From contig DATEIG010000258.1 in assembly GCA_035279185.1 (NCBI GenBank), positions 1-39,000 on the forward strand: a stretch of DNA of 39,000 bases, read 5' to 3'. The position numbers were made by a program, and so were the translations under genes. The notes under the pieces are model-generated. The model was not told the origin of the DNA. It worked only from the letters and a program-made list of their open reading frames with translations, and did not search any database. Every line of letters begins with the position of its first letter. Position 1 is the stretch's first letter. Below, piece after piece: positions 1 through 8,691 of the stretch. This DNA is from Mycobacterium sp. Its GTDB lineage: Bacteria > Actinomycetota > Actinomycetes > Mycobacteriales > Mycobacteriaceae.

Positions 1-213
1 GTTGACCATCGTGTAGTACAGCCCACTGCGTCGAGCGGCCCACATCACGGCGTGGATGTGCTCGTTGTTCTCCATGAGGACCGCGACGGTGTCCCCCGGC
101 GTGAGCCCGGCACCGCCGAAGAAACGGGCGAGGCGGTTGGCGGCGGCATCGAGGTCGTCAAACGACACGGCTGTGCCGGAAGGATGCAGCAGCACAGCCG
201 GTTTCGTCGTCAT
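1..213 (-). CDS. Acyl-CoA synthetase (FadD family), N-terminal part; runs off the window edge
   Basis: Not in the ORF track. Manual translation from ATG at 213: MTTKPAVLLHPSGTAVSFDDLDAAANRLARFFGGAGLTPGDTVAVLMENNEHIHAVMWAARRSGLYYTMVN, a typical AMP-binding enzyme N-terminus. ATGA overlap with the upstream nitroreductase stop. Confidence 0.85.
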   Translation of the reverse strand, partial: MTTKPAVLLHPSGTAVSFDDLDAAANRLARFFGGAGLTPGDTVAVLMENNEHIHAVMWAARRSGLYYTMVN

Positions 214-845
214 GAGTCGTGCGCAACCCAGGAGTTGTCCCAACGGTCCACGCTCGCGACCTCGCGCAGCGGTTTGCGGCGCACGGGGTGATGGCCACCC
301 TTCGGCCAGCCCGCAGTCACCAGCGTTGCGATCTTCCAGTCGTCGGGTATCCCGATCAACGACCGCAACTCGGCGTCGCAGGCGTCGTGCCACAGTGTGA
401 TGGCCGCCCCCAGCCCCTGCGCTCGTGCCGCGAGGAGGAAGTTCTGCACCGCGGGGAATATCGATCCGCCGTTCTGGAGGTCGCTGGCTCCGCGCTGCGG
501 CTGCACGCAGAACAGAACGCAGACGGGCGCGGCGCCGCCGACGTGCATGTGTTCCGACATCGCGCGCAGCACCCGCGACTTCGGGTCCGTGGCATCGTCG
601 GCGGGAGGCGCGAAGTCGTAGAAGTCGGCCATCACCCTCCACGTCTTCTGCGCCGCGGCGGTGACGACGTCACGGATTTCGGGCGACCGCAAGACGACGA
701 GCCGCCACGGCTGCTGGTTTCCGCCCGACGGCGCCCACGTCGCGGCGAGCAGGCACCGCTGCAGCACCTCGTCGGACACCGGTTCGTCGCGGTACCGCCG
801 CACGGCGGACGACGTGCGCATGGCCTCGAGGACGTCCATCGTCAT
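210..845 (-). CDS. Nitroreductase family protein
   Basis: RTSSAVRRY, WAPSGGNQQPW and QNFLLAARAQGLG motifs; 4-nt overlaps with both neighbours. Confidence 0.9.
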   Translation of the reverse strand: MTMDVLEAMRTSSAVRRYRDEPVSDEVLQRCLLAATWAPSGGNQQPWRLVVLRSPEIRDVVTAAAQKTWRVMADFYDFAPPADDATDPKSRVLRAMSEHMHVGGAAPVCVLFCVQPQRGASDLQNGGSIFPAVQNFLLAARAQGLGAAITLWHDACDAELRSLIGIPDDWKIATLVTAGWPKGGHHPVRRKPLREVASVDRWDNSWVAHDS

Positions 846-1954
846 ACGGCGGCCGTCGCCGGTAGGACCCCGCGCCAGGTTCCGCCGCGCACCGGCCCGG
901 TGACGAGGGGAAGGTCGAGCGTCGACAACAGCCCCGGCGGCGCAGCCATCACCGCGGGTATCGCGTTCAGTTCCCGCATGACCGTCGCGTAGGTCAGACC
1001 GCGCATGTTGTTTCCGCGCCCGTGCATCTCGATGTCGACCGTGTAGGTCGGCAGACCGTCGACGATCACCCGGTAGCCGCCGTGCGGCGACGGGTGCCGC
1101 GGCCAGTCCGGAGCCGCCGGTTCGCCCATCCTCGTGATGTGTTCGAGCGTGACCCGTTCTTCATCGTCCACCATTCCCGCGAGCTTGAACCGCATACCGC
1201 CCATCGTGCCCGGCTCGATCCAGCCCGACGCGACCTCGTAACGCTCTGTCGCGAGCCATTTTTCGATCGTGGTCTCAACGCGATCGAGCGGCAGGCCGAC
1301 GCCGTCGGCCACGAGATGGACGGTCGGCGCCCACAAGGCGGCCAGCCGCGCGGTGTCGAACAGCGGCGCGGGGTGATCGGGCGGGTGGCCGAAGCCCATG
1401 AAGTCGAACATGATGTCGGGCTGATTGATCGGGCCGTAGTCGAGTATCTCCAGCATGGTGATGGTGTCGACGCGACTGCTGAACCCCGTCATGGTCAAGG
1501 CGATCACATCGTTGGCCCAGCCGGGGTCGACCCCGCTGTTGAAGAAGCTGGTGCCGCCGTCCTGGCATGCTTCCCGAATGAGGTCGACGGTTTCCTTGTC
1601 GGCGGCCGGCGGGTAGCACATCGGGACCAGCGAGGTGCACACGACGTCCTTGCCCGCGCGGAGGCACTTTGCGATGTCCTCAGCCGCCTCCCGGTACCGG
1701 TAGTCACCCGATGCGAAGTACGCCACCACGTCGGCGTCCGACGCGAGCGCGGCGTCGACGTCACGGGTCGCGGTCACGCCCGTGGCCGGCATACCGCACA
1801 GGTCGCCCGCGTCCCTGCCGTCCTTGGCCTCGGCGTAGACGACGACGCCCGCAAGGTCCAGGCCAGGATGGGCGATCAGCGCGCGAAGAGCGCCGACACC
1901 CACCTGACCGGGTCCCCACAGGATGACCCGCGGGTTATGTTGGCCGTCTGTCAT
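842..1954 (-). CDS. DapB-like / 2,4-diaminopentanoate dehydrogenase-like NAD(P)-dependent oxidoreductase
   Basis: WGPGQVG Rossmann motif, GRDAGDLCG, SGVDPGWAND. ATG at 1954 is preceded by a GGGAAGG RBS. Confidence 0.8.
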   Translation of the reverse strand: MTDGQHNPRVILWGPGQVGVGALRALIAHPGLDLAGVVVYAEAKDGRDAGDLCGMPATGVTATRDVDAALASDADVVAYFASGDYRYREAAEDIAKCLRAGKDVVCTSLVPMCYPPAADKETVDLIREACQDGGTSFFNSGVDPGWANDVIALTMTGFSSRVDTITMLEILDYGPINQPDIMFDFMGFGHPPDHPAPLFDTARLAALWAPTVHLVADGVGLPLDRVETTIEKWLATERYEVASGWIEPGTMGGMRFKLAGMVDDEERVTLEHITRMGEPAAPDWPRHPSPHGGYRVIVDGLPTYTVDIEMHGRGNNMRGLTYATVMRELNAIPAVMAAPPGLLSTLDLPLVTGPVRGGTWRGVLPATAAV

Positions 1955-1988
1955 GTGCACCTTCCCAGCTCATCACCCTCGACCACTG

Positions 1989-2028
1989 TGAGAACATACC
2001 TTCTCAGTTATTGATAACACCATTGCCG
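1989..2028. promoter_or_regulatory. Tandem 18-bp operator pair in a divergent promoter
   Basis: Perfect-arm palindrome TGAGAA-catacc-TTCTCA (1989-2006), then the degenerate TTGATA-acacca-TTGCCG 22 bp later. Confidence 0.75.
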
Positions 2029-2054
2029 ATTCAGAAGAACCGCGGAGGCGAAGA

Positions 2055-2963
2055 ATGACCGACTATCAGTTCCTCAAATGGGAGACGTTCGACGACGGCC
2101 AGATCGTGCGCATCTCCCTCAACCGGCCGGAGCAGCGCAATGCGCAGAACCGAGGCATGCTCGTCGAACTGGACGACGCATTCGGCCGGGCGGAGGCGGA
2201 CGACACCGTTCGGGTCGTGATCCTCGCCGGCGAGGGCCCGATGTTCTCCTCCGGCCACGACATCGGGTCCAAGCTGGCCCGTGCCGAGTTCACCCCCGGA
2301 CCGGACCAGCACCCGACGGCCGCGATCAACGGCGGTACCCGGGAGGGCGCGGAGAAGATCATGCTGCAGGAGTGGCACTACTTCTTCCAGAACAACCTGC
2401 GGTGGCGCAATCTGCGGAAGATCACCATTGCCCAGGTCCACGGTGACGTGTTCTCCGCGGGACTGATGCTGATCTGGGCCTGCGATCTCATCGTCGGCAG
2501 TGAGGAAGTCCGCTTCGCCGATGTCGTCGGCACTCGGCTGGGGATGTGCGGTATGGAGTACTTCGGCCACCCATGGGAATTCGGGCCCCGCCGCACGAAG
2601 GAGCTGATGCTCACCGGAGATGCGATCGGCATCGAGGAGGCCTACCGGCTCGGCATGGTCAGCAAGATCTTCAAACGAGACGAGTTGGCCGACCGCACAA
2701 TCGACATGGCACGGCGCATTGCCGAAGTGCCGACGATGGCCGCCCTGCTGATCAAGGAGTCGGTCAACCAGTCCGTCGACAACATGGGCTTCTACAACGC
2801 GCTGCAGTCCTGCTTCACCCTGCACCAGTTGAACCACTCACACTGGGTCGGCGTACGCGACGACAAGCGCGCCACCGCAGGTGAAGAACAAGGAGTTCCC
2901 AACTGGCGGACAGCTCCCCCGATCGTGCTGTCCCTCAAGGACCAAGTGCGGGCAGACGCGTGA
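2055..2963 (+). CDS. Enoyl-CoA hydratase/isomerase (crotonase) family, EchA13-like
   Basis: ISLNRPEQRNA, FSSGHDI, IAQVHG, LIWACD; GGAGG RBS. Confidence 0.9.
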   Translation: MTDYQFLKWETFDDGQIVRISLNRPEQRNAQNRGMLVELDDAFGRAEADDTVRVVILAGEGPMFSSGHDIGSKLARAEFTPGPDQHPTAAINGGTREGAEKIMLQEWHYFFQNNLRWRNLRKITIAQVHGDVFSAGLMLIWACDLIVGSEEVRFADVVGTRLGMCGMEYFGHPWEFGPRRTKELMLTGDAIGIEEAYRLGMVSKIFKRDELADRTIDMARRIAEVPTMAALLIKESVNQSVDNMGFYNALQSCFTLHQLNHSHWVGVRDDKRATAGEEQGVPNWRTAPPIVLSLKDQVRADA

Positions 2964-3397
2964 GGGGCGAGCCGAGCCCCATGGAGGTGACGCTTCCCGG
3001 GCACCTGTTCGCGCAGCTGCCGTTCTACGACGTGGAGGACACCGACAGCTCCGTCGTCGTCGACCTGCACAATCGGCCCGATCTGGTGAACCTTCGCGGC
3101 GCAATTCAAGGTGGATTGCTTGCGACGCTCATCGACGTGGCGGGCGGACGGCTCGCGGTCAAGTACGCAGGCGAGGGGGCGGGCGCAGGCACCGCTGACA
3201 TGTCGATCCACTTCCTCGCGCCAATCGTCGAGGGCCCCGCGCGTGCGACGGCCACGCTGGTGCGGGCGGGAAAGCGGATGATCGTCGTCGCCGTCGACGT
3301 CTCGGACGTGGGCCGCAGCCGTATCGCGGCGCGCGCCACGCTGAGTTTTGCGATCCTCCCGCCGCGGGAGCCGGATCAGCCGACGACTGCGCCGTAG
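2960..3397 (+). CDS. PaaI family thioesterase (hot-dog fold)
   Basis: NLRGAIQGGLLATLIDVAGG and TADMSIHFLAP; alternative start ATG at 2981. Confidence 0.88.
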   Translation: MRGEPSPMEVTLPGHLFAQLPFYDVEDTDSSVVVDLHNRPDLVNLRGAIQGGLLATLIDVAGGRLAVKYAGEGAGAGTADMSIHFLAPIVEGPARATATLVRAGKRMIVVAVDVSDVGRSRIAARATLSFAILPPREPDQPTTAP

Positions 3398-4398
3398 CGG
3401 GCGTCGGCGACGCGGTCCAATGCGACTCCCGCGTCGCCGAAGAGCATCGCCCACCCGCGGACCCGGCGGTAGTACAGCTGGATGTCACCCTCCATGCCGA
3501 ATCCGTAGCCGCCGTGGATGTGGAGACTGCGACTCGTCGCGTCCCGCGCGGTCTCATAGGCGAATGTGAACGCCATCGCGGCCAACTCGGTGACGCGCGC
3601 CGGCTCGTCGGCGAAGGCACACGCCGCCTCGAGCGCAAGCAGTCGCGCCCCATCGACGGCAGTAGCGCTGTCGGCCAACGGATGTGACACCGCTTGGAAA
3701 GATCCGATGAGCGTTCCGAACGCATGCCGCTGCTTGGCATAGTCGACCCCCAGCTCGACAGCCCTGGCCGCCGCGCCCGTGAGAGCCGCCGCCGTCAGCG
3801 TGAGCCACAGATCCACCGCTTCGGAGAACAGCCGTCGGGCATCCTCTCCGTCGGCGAGGACCGTGATGTCCCGTGCCGATACGTCGGCCAGCGGGAGGGT
3901 GCCGAGGTTCTCGACCGCTCGGCGCTGATCGTCGGGTGTCACCGCGACGAGTTGACCGTCGACCGAGGCGATGACGACATCGGCGACCGTGCCCGCAGGA
4001 ACGAGTCGGAGCGTCTTACCGTCGGCCGGTCGCGGCATGAAGGTGATGAGGGTAGCGCCCGACAGCGCGTCGCCCAGCAGTGCGATGCCGTCGCGTCCGC
4101 ATGCGCCGAGTGTCCGGGCAGCGACCTGGGCCTCGATGACGGGTGCGGAGGCCACGGCACGCCCGTACTGTTCAGCGATCAGCGCGAGCTCGAGTTCAGT
4201 TGCGCCCCAGCCCCCGGCTTCTTCCGCGGCGGCCATCTCGACGGCGCCGGTCGAGCGCAACGCGGTCCAGAGCTTGGGGTCGAATCCGCCCGGCTCCGCA
4301 GCGCGTATGCGCTCCGACGTCGACTCGCGCGCGTAGATCGCAGCGAAGGATTCGACGAGCTGGCGCTGCTCGCCGGAAAGACTCAAGTCCACCATCAA
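3376..4398 (-). CDS. Acyl-CoA dehydrogenase, short (beta-subunit type)
   Basis: YAKQRHAFGTLIGSFQAVSHPLAD and HIHGGYGF; lacks the C-terminal GT(S/N)E motif. Start is TTG 4398 or ATG 4395. Confidence 0.9.
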   Translation of the reverse strand: MMVDLSLSGEQRQLVESFAAIYARESTSERIRAAEPGGFDPKLWTALRSTGAVEMAAAEEAGGWGATELELALIAEQYGRAVASAPVIEAQVAARTLGACGRDGIALLGDALSGATLITFMPRPADGKTLRLVPAGTVADVVIASVDGQLVAVTPDDQRRAVENLGTLPLADVSARDITVLADGEDARRLFSEAVDLWLTLTAAALTGAAARAVELGVDYAKQRHAFGTLIGSFQAVSHPLADSATAVDGARLLALEAACAFADEPARVTELAAMAFTFAYETARDATSRSLHIHGGYGFGMEGDIQLYYRRVRGWAMLFGDAGVALDRVADARYGAVVG

Positions 4399-4411
4399 AT
4401 CCGATCACCTG

Positions 4412-4451
4412 CGGATATGGATACTCTCAATCCTGAGAGTAACATTTTCCC
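4412..4451. promoter_or_regulatory. Tandem 18-bp operator pair between divergent acyl-CoA dehydrogenase genes
   Basis: CGGATA-tggata-CTCTCA (4412) and TGAGAG-taacat-TTTCCC (4434), 22 bp apart. Confidence 0.7.
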
Positions 4452-4494
4452 AACGTGCGGTCCGCCGGGCCCGGTGACAGATTGGTTCTGATCC

Positions 4495-5625
4495 ATGCAC
4501 TTTCACCTCGACTCCGACACCGAGGCATTCCGCGACGAGGTGCGGAGCCATCTCGCGACGGTGTTGACGGCCGACACCGAGGAGCGCATCTACCGCAGCG
4601 GCGTCGCCCACGACGACGAGTTCGCGAAAGGGCTCGTCGATGCGGGCTATTTCGCGCCGCAGGGCGAGTGGGAGACACAAGTCGTCAAAGAGGAGATGAT
4701 GCGTTTCGACGCGCCGGTGTACCTGTCTGAGACCAGCAGGATGGTCGCTTCGATCATCCGAGAAGTCGGCACGCCGCAGATGAAGGACCGCATCCTCGCG
4801 GGCGCGATGAACGGCGACATCACCATCGCCCTGGGCTTCACCGAACCTGAATGCGGTTCCGACGTGGCGGCGGCATCGACTCGAGCCGTGCGCGACGGCG
4901 ACGCGTGGGTCATCAACGGCTCCAAGATGTTCACCACCAACGGGCACATCGCCGACTATGTGTTCCTGCTCGCCCGCACGAGTCCGGACAAGCCGAAGCA
5001 CAAGGGCTTGACGATGTTTCTCGTTCCGCTCGACTCCGACGGCTTCGACGCCCAGGCGGTGTGGACGCTGTCCGGCGAGCGCACCAACATCACCTTCTAC
5101 AGCGATGTCCGCGTCGGTGACGAGTGGCGCATCGGTGAGATCGACGGCGGTTGGCAGGTCCTTGCCCTGTCGCTGCAGGACGAGCACGCGTCGGGGTGGG
5201 GTCCGCACATCAGCCGTCTGCTGCACCACGTCGAGCAGTGGGCTGCCAAGACGCCCGCTGCAGACGGATCACCGCAGCTGACCAAGACCGACGTCCGGCG
5301 CCGCATCGCGAGAGTCGCGATGGAAGACGAGGTTTCGCGGCTGCTGCAGCGTCGGTGCGTCTGGATGGTCGAAGACGGCACGATCCCGGTGGCCGAGGGA
5401 CCCATGTCCAAAGTGTTCAGCACCGAGGCGTTGGTGCGCGCCAGCCAGGACATCGTGGAACTCGTCGGCCCAGACGCGGTCCGCAGCTACTTCGAGCCGA
5501 CGGCACCCGAGCAGGGCCGCTTCGAACACCTCATGCGCTTCTCGCTGGGGACCACCATCTACGCGGGCACCAGTGAGGTGCAGCGGTCCATCATCGCCCA
5601 GCGAGGGCTCGGCCTACCCCGTTAG
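4495..5625 (+). CDS. Acyl-CoA dehydrogenase (alpha-subunit type)
   Basis: GFTEPECGSD, WVINGSKMFTT, KHKGLTMFLV, IYAGTSEVQR. Confidence 0.92.
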   Translation: MHFHLDSDTEAFRDEVRSHLATVLTADTEERIYRSGVAHDDEFAKGLVDAGYFAPQGEWETQVVKEEMMRFDAPVYLSETSRMVASIIREVGTPQMKDRILAGAMNGDITIALGFTEPECGSDVAAASTRAVRDGDAWVINGSKMFTTNGHIADYVFLLARTSPDKPKHKGLTMFLVPLDSDGFDAQAVWTLSGERTNITFYSDVRVGDEWRIGEIDGGWQVLALSLQDEHASGWGPHISRLLHHVEQWAAKTPAADGSPQLTKTDVRRRIARVAMEDEVSRLLQRRCVWMVEDGTIPVAEGPMSKVFSTEALVRASQDIVELVGPDAVRSYFEPTAPEQGRFEHLMRFSLGTTIYAGTSEVQRSIIAQRGLGLPR

Positions 5626-6405
5626 CTTGCGCGGTTTGCGCGCGGGCGCCTTCTTCGGCGCGGCCTTGGCAGCGACAGCCCTTGTCTTGGTGGCACCCGC
5701 CGGAGGCGTGAGCGCCTGCAGACACCACGCCCACAACTGGTCCTCGGTGAGTTCGGCTCCCTTGACGCCGAGATGGAAGACACCGATCTGGGCGAGCGCG
5801 ATGAGAGTCGAATTCAGCAGCGTGGTCAGTTGAGCCGGTGTCAGATCCTTGCGCACCAGCCCCGCTCGGGAACAGGCGGTGAGGATCTTGGTCAGCAGCT
5901 TCTGGTGCGGCTCCCAGATCTTGGCGAAGTCAGCTGGACGCTCGATTTCGAGGCTCAGGTTGTAGATCGTCATCACCCGGCCACCGATGGCCTCGGATGA
6001 TTCTGCGCGCGAGAGAAACCCGCGGCAGAACGCCTCCAGCTGAGCCATCGGACCGTCGGCGGCCGCGACCTCGTGGCGGATGGCCTCGATGAACTGGCTC
6101 GTGGCGTTCTCGTAAAGCGCCAACAGCAGTTCTTCCTTGCCTGCGAAATGTTGGTAGAACGCGCGCAGGCTCAGATTCGACCGGTCGATCAGCGTCTGGA
6201 TCGTGAAGTCGGCCCGTCCGGACTCCTCGACCAGTTCGAGTGCGGTGGCCAGGAACCGCGAGCTGCGGGCCAATGCCCGTGCCCGCGCCTGACTCAAGCG
6301 GCGCTCGATCGTTCGCTCCTGCCAACTGGTGGGCAGCTCGAGTTCGGCTTCGACGAGCTCGAGCTCGGCAGCAGGTTCCTGGGCGGCGCGCTTCTTGGCA
6401 GTCAT
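5614..6405 (-). CDS. TetR/AcrR family transcriptional regulator with a basic C-terminal tail
   Basis: HTH FTIQTLIDRSNLSLRAFYQHFAGKEELL. Start chosen at ATG 6405, 9 nt after a TATTCT -10-like hexamer. Confidence 0.9.
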   Translation of the reverse strand: MTAKKRAAQEPAAELELVEAELELPTSWQERTIERRLSQARARALARSSRFLATALELVEESGRADFTIQTLIDRSNLSLRAFYQHFAGKEELLLALYENATSQFIEAIRHEVAAADGPMAQLEAFCRGFLSRAESSEAIGGRVMTIYNLSLEIERPADFAKIWEPHQKLLTKILTACSRAGLVRKDLTPAQLTTLLNSTLIALAQIGVFHLGVKGAELTEDQLWAWCLQALTPPAGATKTRAVAAKAAPKKAPARKPRKLTG

Positions 6406-6412
6406 GATGGAT

Positions 6413-6430
6413 TGAGAATACGCGTTCTTC
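6413..6430. promoter_or_regulatory. Single operator overlapping the putative -10 of tetR (autoregulation)
   Basis: TGAGAA-tacgcg-TTCTTC; contains TATTCT on the minus strand (6420-6415). Confidence 0.65.
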
Positions 6431-6521
6431 ACCTGCGACGGCGGACCTACCTACACAGGTATGTTGATGCGCCTGTCGACGACGGCGCTGAGGCGCGCTG
6501 ACACGGGCCCATGCGCTAAAG

Positions 6522-6561
6522 TGGAAACGACCATTCTCGCTTGGGGAAATTGAAATTTCTG
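6522..6561. promoter_or_regulatory. Tandem 18-bp operator pair upstream of an amidohydrolase
   Basis: TGGAAA-cgacca-TTCTCG (6522) and GGGAAA-ttgaaa-TTTCTG (6544), 22 bp apart. Confidence 0.7.
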
Positions 6562-6600
6562 CAAGCTGCAGTCATCAGTCGTCATCGAAGGAGTTCCGCG

Positions 6601-7788
6601 TTGAGTGCAGACATCCTGATCGTTTCGCCCGACGACCACCTCGTGGAACCGGCTGATCTGTGGACCAGCAGGCTGCCGGAGCGCTACCGGGACGTCGGAC
6701 CGCGGATCGTTCGGCACCGCGGGCGGATGGACCCATCGGTGACGTCCGACGTCGCGTTCGTCGACGACGAAGACGGTCGCGACGCCGACATCTGGCACTA
6801 CGAGGATTCCGTCATCCCCATTCCGCTCATCAGCGCGGCCGCCGGCTACGAGATCGACGAGTTGACCACCGACCCGATCACCTACGACGAGATGCGCCCC
6901 GGCTGCTACCGGCCCGAGGATCGGCTCGCGGACATGGACATCGCCGGAATCGAGGCCTCGGCGTGCTTTCCCAACACACTCGTGCGCTTCTGCGGTCAGC
7001 GCTTCCTGTACGCCAAGGACAAGGATCTCGCGCTGCTGTGTGTTCAGGCGTACAACGACTTCCAGATCGATGAGTGGGGCGGCAGCAGCAACGGCCGGCT
7101 GATTCCCCTCGGTATCATCCCGCTCTGGGACGTCGACCTCGCCGCGAAGGAAGTGGATCGCGTCGCGGCCAAGGGCATGCGCGCCGTGTGCTTCTCCGAA
7201 CTGCCCGCGCGTCTGGATCTGCCGTCGATCCACAGCGGCTACTGGGACCCGTTCTTCGCCGCGTGCGAGCGCAACGAGGTCGGCATCATGCTGCACATCG
7301 GGTCGAGTTCCTCGCTCACCAGGTCCTCCCCCGACTCGCCGCACGTCGTCACCAGCGCGCTGATGGCGGTCAATTGCACCATCGCCCTGGTCGATTGGCT
7401 GTTCTCCGCCAAGCTCAGGCAGTTCCCGAAGCTGAAGATCGCGTTCGCCGAGGCGCAGGCCGGCTGGATCCCGTATTACCTGCAGCGCGTGGACGAGGTC
7501 TGGGAAGACCGGCGGGCGTGGGGCGGCATCCATCCGCTGCTGACCGAGCCGCCGAGCACCCAGGTGCCTGGCCGCGTGTGGTTCTCGACGTTCGGCGACC
7601 CGGTCGCGTTCCGCATCCTCGACCTCGTCGGCGAAGACCAGCTCATGTTCGAGACCGACTACCCGCACAACGACACGAACTGGCCGCACAGCATGGACGT
7701 CGCCAACAAGGCGACCGAAGGCCTCGACGAGGCGACCAAGCGCAAGGTCTTGTCGACCAACGCGAAGAACTTCTTCGGAATGTCCTAG
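6601..7788 (+). CDS. Amidohydrolase_2 family metal-dependent hydrolase/decarboxylase
   Basis: SPDDHLVEP, AYNDF, LHIGSSS, AEAQAGWIPY, FETDYPHND. TTG start at 6601 follows a GAAGGAG RBS. Confidence 0.9.
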   Translation: MSADILIVSPDDHLVEPADLWTSRLPERYRDVGPRIVRHRGRMDPSVTSDVAFVDDEDGRDADIWHYEDSVIPIPLISAAAGYEIDELTTDPITYDEMRPGCYRPEDRLADMDIAGIEASACFPNTLVRFCGQRFLYAKDKDLALLCVQAYNDFQIDEWGGSSNGRLIPLGIIPLWDVDLAAKEVDRVAAKGMRAVCFSELPARLDLPSIHSGYWDPFFAACERNEVGIMLHIGSSSSLTRSSPDSPHVVTSALMAVNCTIALVDWLFSAKLRQFPKLKIAFAEAQAGWIPYYLQRVDEVWEDRRAWGGIHPLLTEPPSTQVPGRVWFSTFGDPVAFRILDLVGEDQLMFETDYPHNDTNWPHSMDVANKATEGLDEATKRKVLSTNAKNFFGMS

Positions 7789-7798
7789 ATTCCTCCGC

Positions 7799-7856
7799 CG
7801 AGCAGACGCGAAAACCCCCCTTTCGCCCGCAATTTGGGGGCTTTGGCGTCTGCTCG
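7799..7856. repeat. Mycobacterial REP-like palindromic element, likely a bidirectional terminator
   Basis: CGAGCAGACGC-gaaaacccccc...gggggctttg-GCGTCTGCTCG inverted repeat between convergent genes. Confidence 0.75.
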
Positions 7857-7866
7857 CGGGAAGAGG

Positions 7867-8691
7867 TTACAGCGCTTTCCAGTCAGGCTTGCGCTTCTCC
7901 AGGAATGCCCGGGGGCCTTCGATCGCGTCCTTGGTCAGTGCGACCTTCATGCGGTAGTTCTCGGCGAGCAGTTCGGCTTCGTAGATGGGCAGTGTCAGCC
8001 CCTTGCGCACAGCCATCCGCGAACCACGCACGGCCAGCGGCGCATTCGAGTTGACCACCTCGGCGATCTCCCATGCTCGGTCCATCAGCGACTCGTGCGG
8101 GACCACTTCGGTGAAGACCCCGAGATCGTAGGCGCGCTGCGCGTCGAGGCGCTCGTGCTTGCCCATCAGGATCAGCCGCATCGCCACGGGCAGCGGCAGA
8201 ATGCGCGCAAGGCGCACCCCCTCCCGGCCGGACGTGACCCCGATACTGACATGCGGGTCCATCAGCGTCGCATGCTCGGAGGCGACGGTGATGTCGGCCG
8301 TCGTCACCAGATCCATGCCGGCGCCGCACGCAATGCCGTTGACAGCGCAGATGATCGGCTTCGTCATCTGCAGCCACGGTGGCGTCGCCTCCTGCGGCGC
8401 GTCCCACTGCCGCATCGAGCTGAGGATCGGCTCGCCCTGGTTGTCGATGCCCGCCGCGTTCTCCATGTCGTGATCGGCGGCCTTGTTGACGTCCGCTCCG
8501 ACACACAACGCACGCCCTGCCCCGGTGATGATGACCGTCCAGATATCCTGTGAATTCTCGATTTCCGCGTATGCCACCGCGAGTTCGGCGATCATCTCGT
8601 CATTGATCGCGTTGAGCACCTCTGGGCGGTTCAGCGTCACGCACGCGGTGTGGCCTCGGGTCTCGACTTCGATCGTGTCGTAGTGCGTCAC
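7867..8691 (-). CDS. Enoyl-CoA hydratase/isomerase family
   Basis: VTLNRPEVLNA, LCVGADV, CAVNGIACGAG, DPHVSIG. GTG start at 8691 overlaps the upstream TGA (GTGA). Confidence 0.9.
   Translation of the reverse strand: MTHYDTIEVETRGHTACVTLNRPEVLNAINDEMIAELAVAYAEIENSQDIWTVIITGAGRALCVGADVNKAADHDMENAAGIDNQGEPILSSMRQWDAPQEATPPWLQMTKPIICAVNGIACGAGMDLVTTADITVASEHATLMDPHVSIGVTSGREGVRLARILPLPVAMRLILMGKHERLDAQRAYDLGVFTEVVPHESLMDRAWEIAEVVNSNAPLAVRGSRMAVRKGLTLPIYEAELLAENYRMKVALTKDAIEGPRAFLEKRKPDWKAL

Noticed and set aside
1989-2006. Operator as a KstR/KstR2 box, making this a cholesterol cluster
   Set aside because: It does not match TnnAACnnGTTnnA or the KstR2 box, and hallmark sterol ring-degradation genes are not seen in the window.
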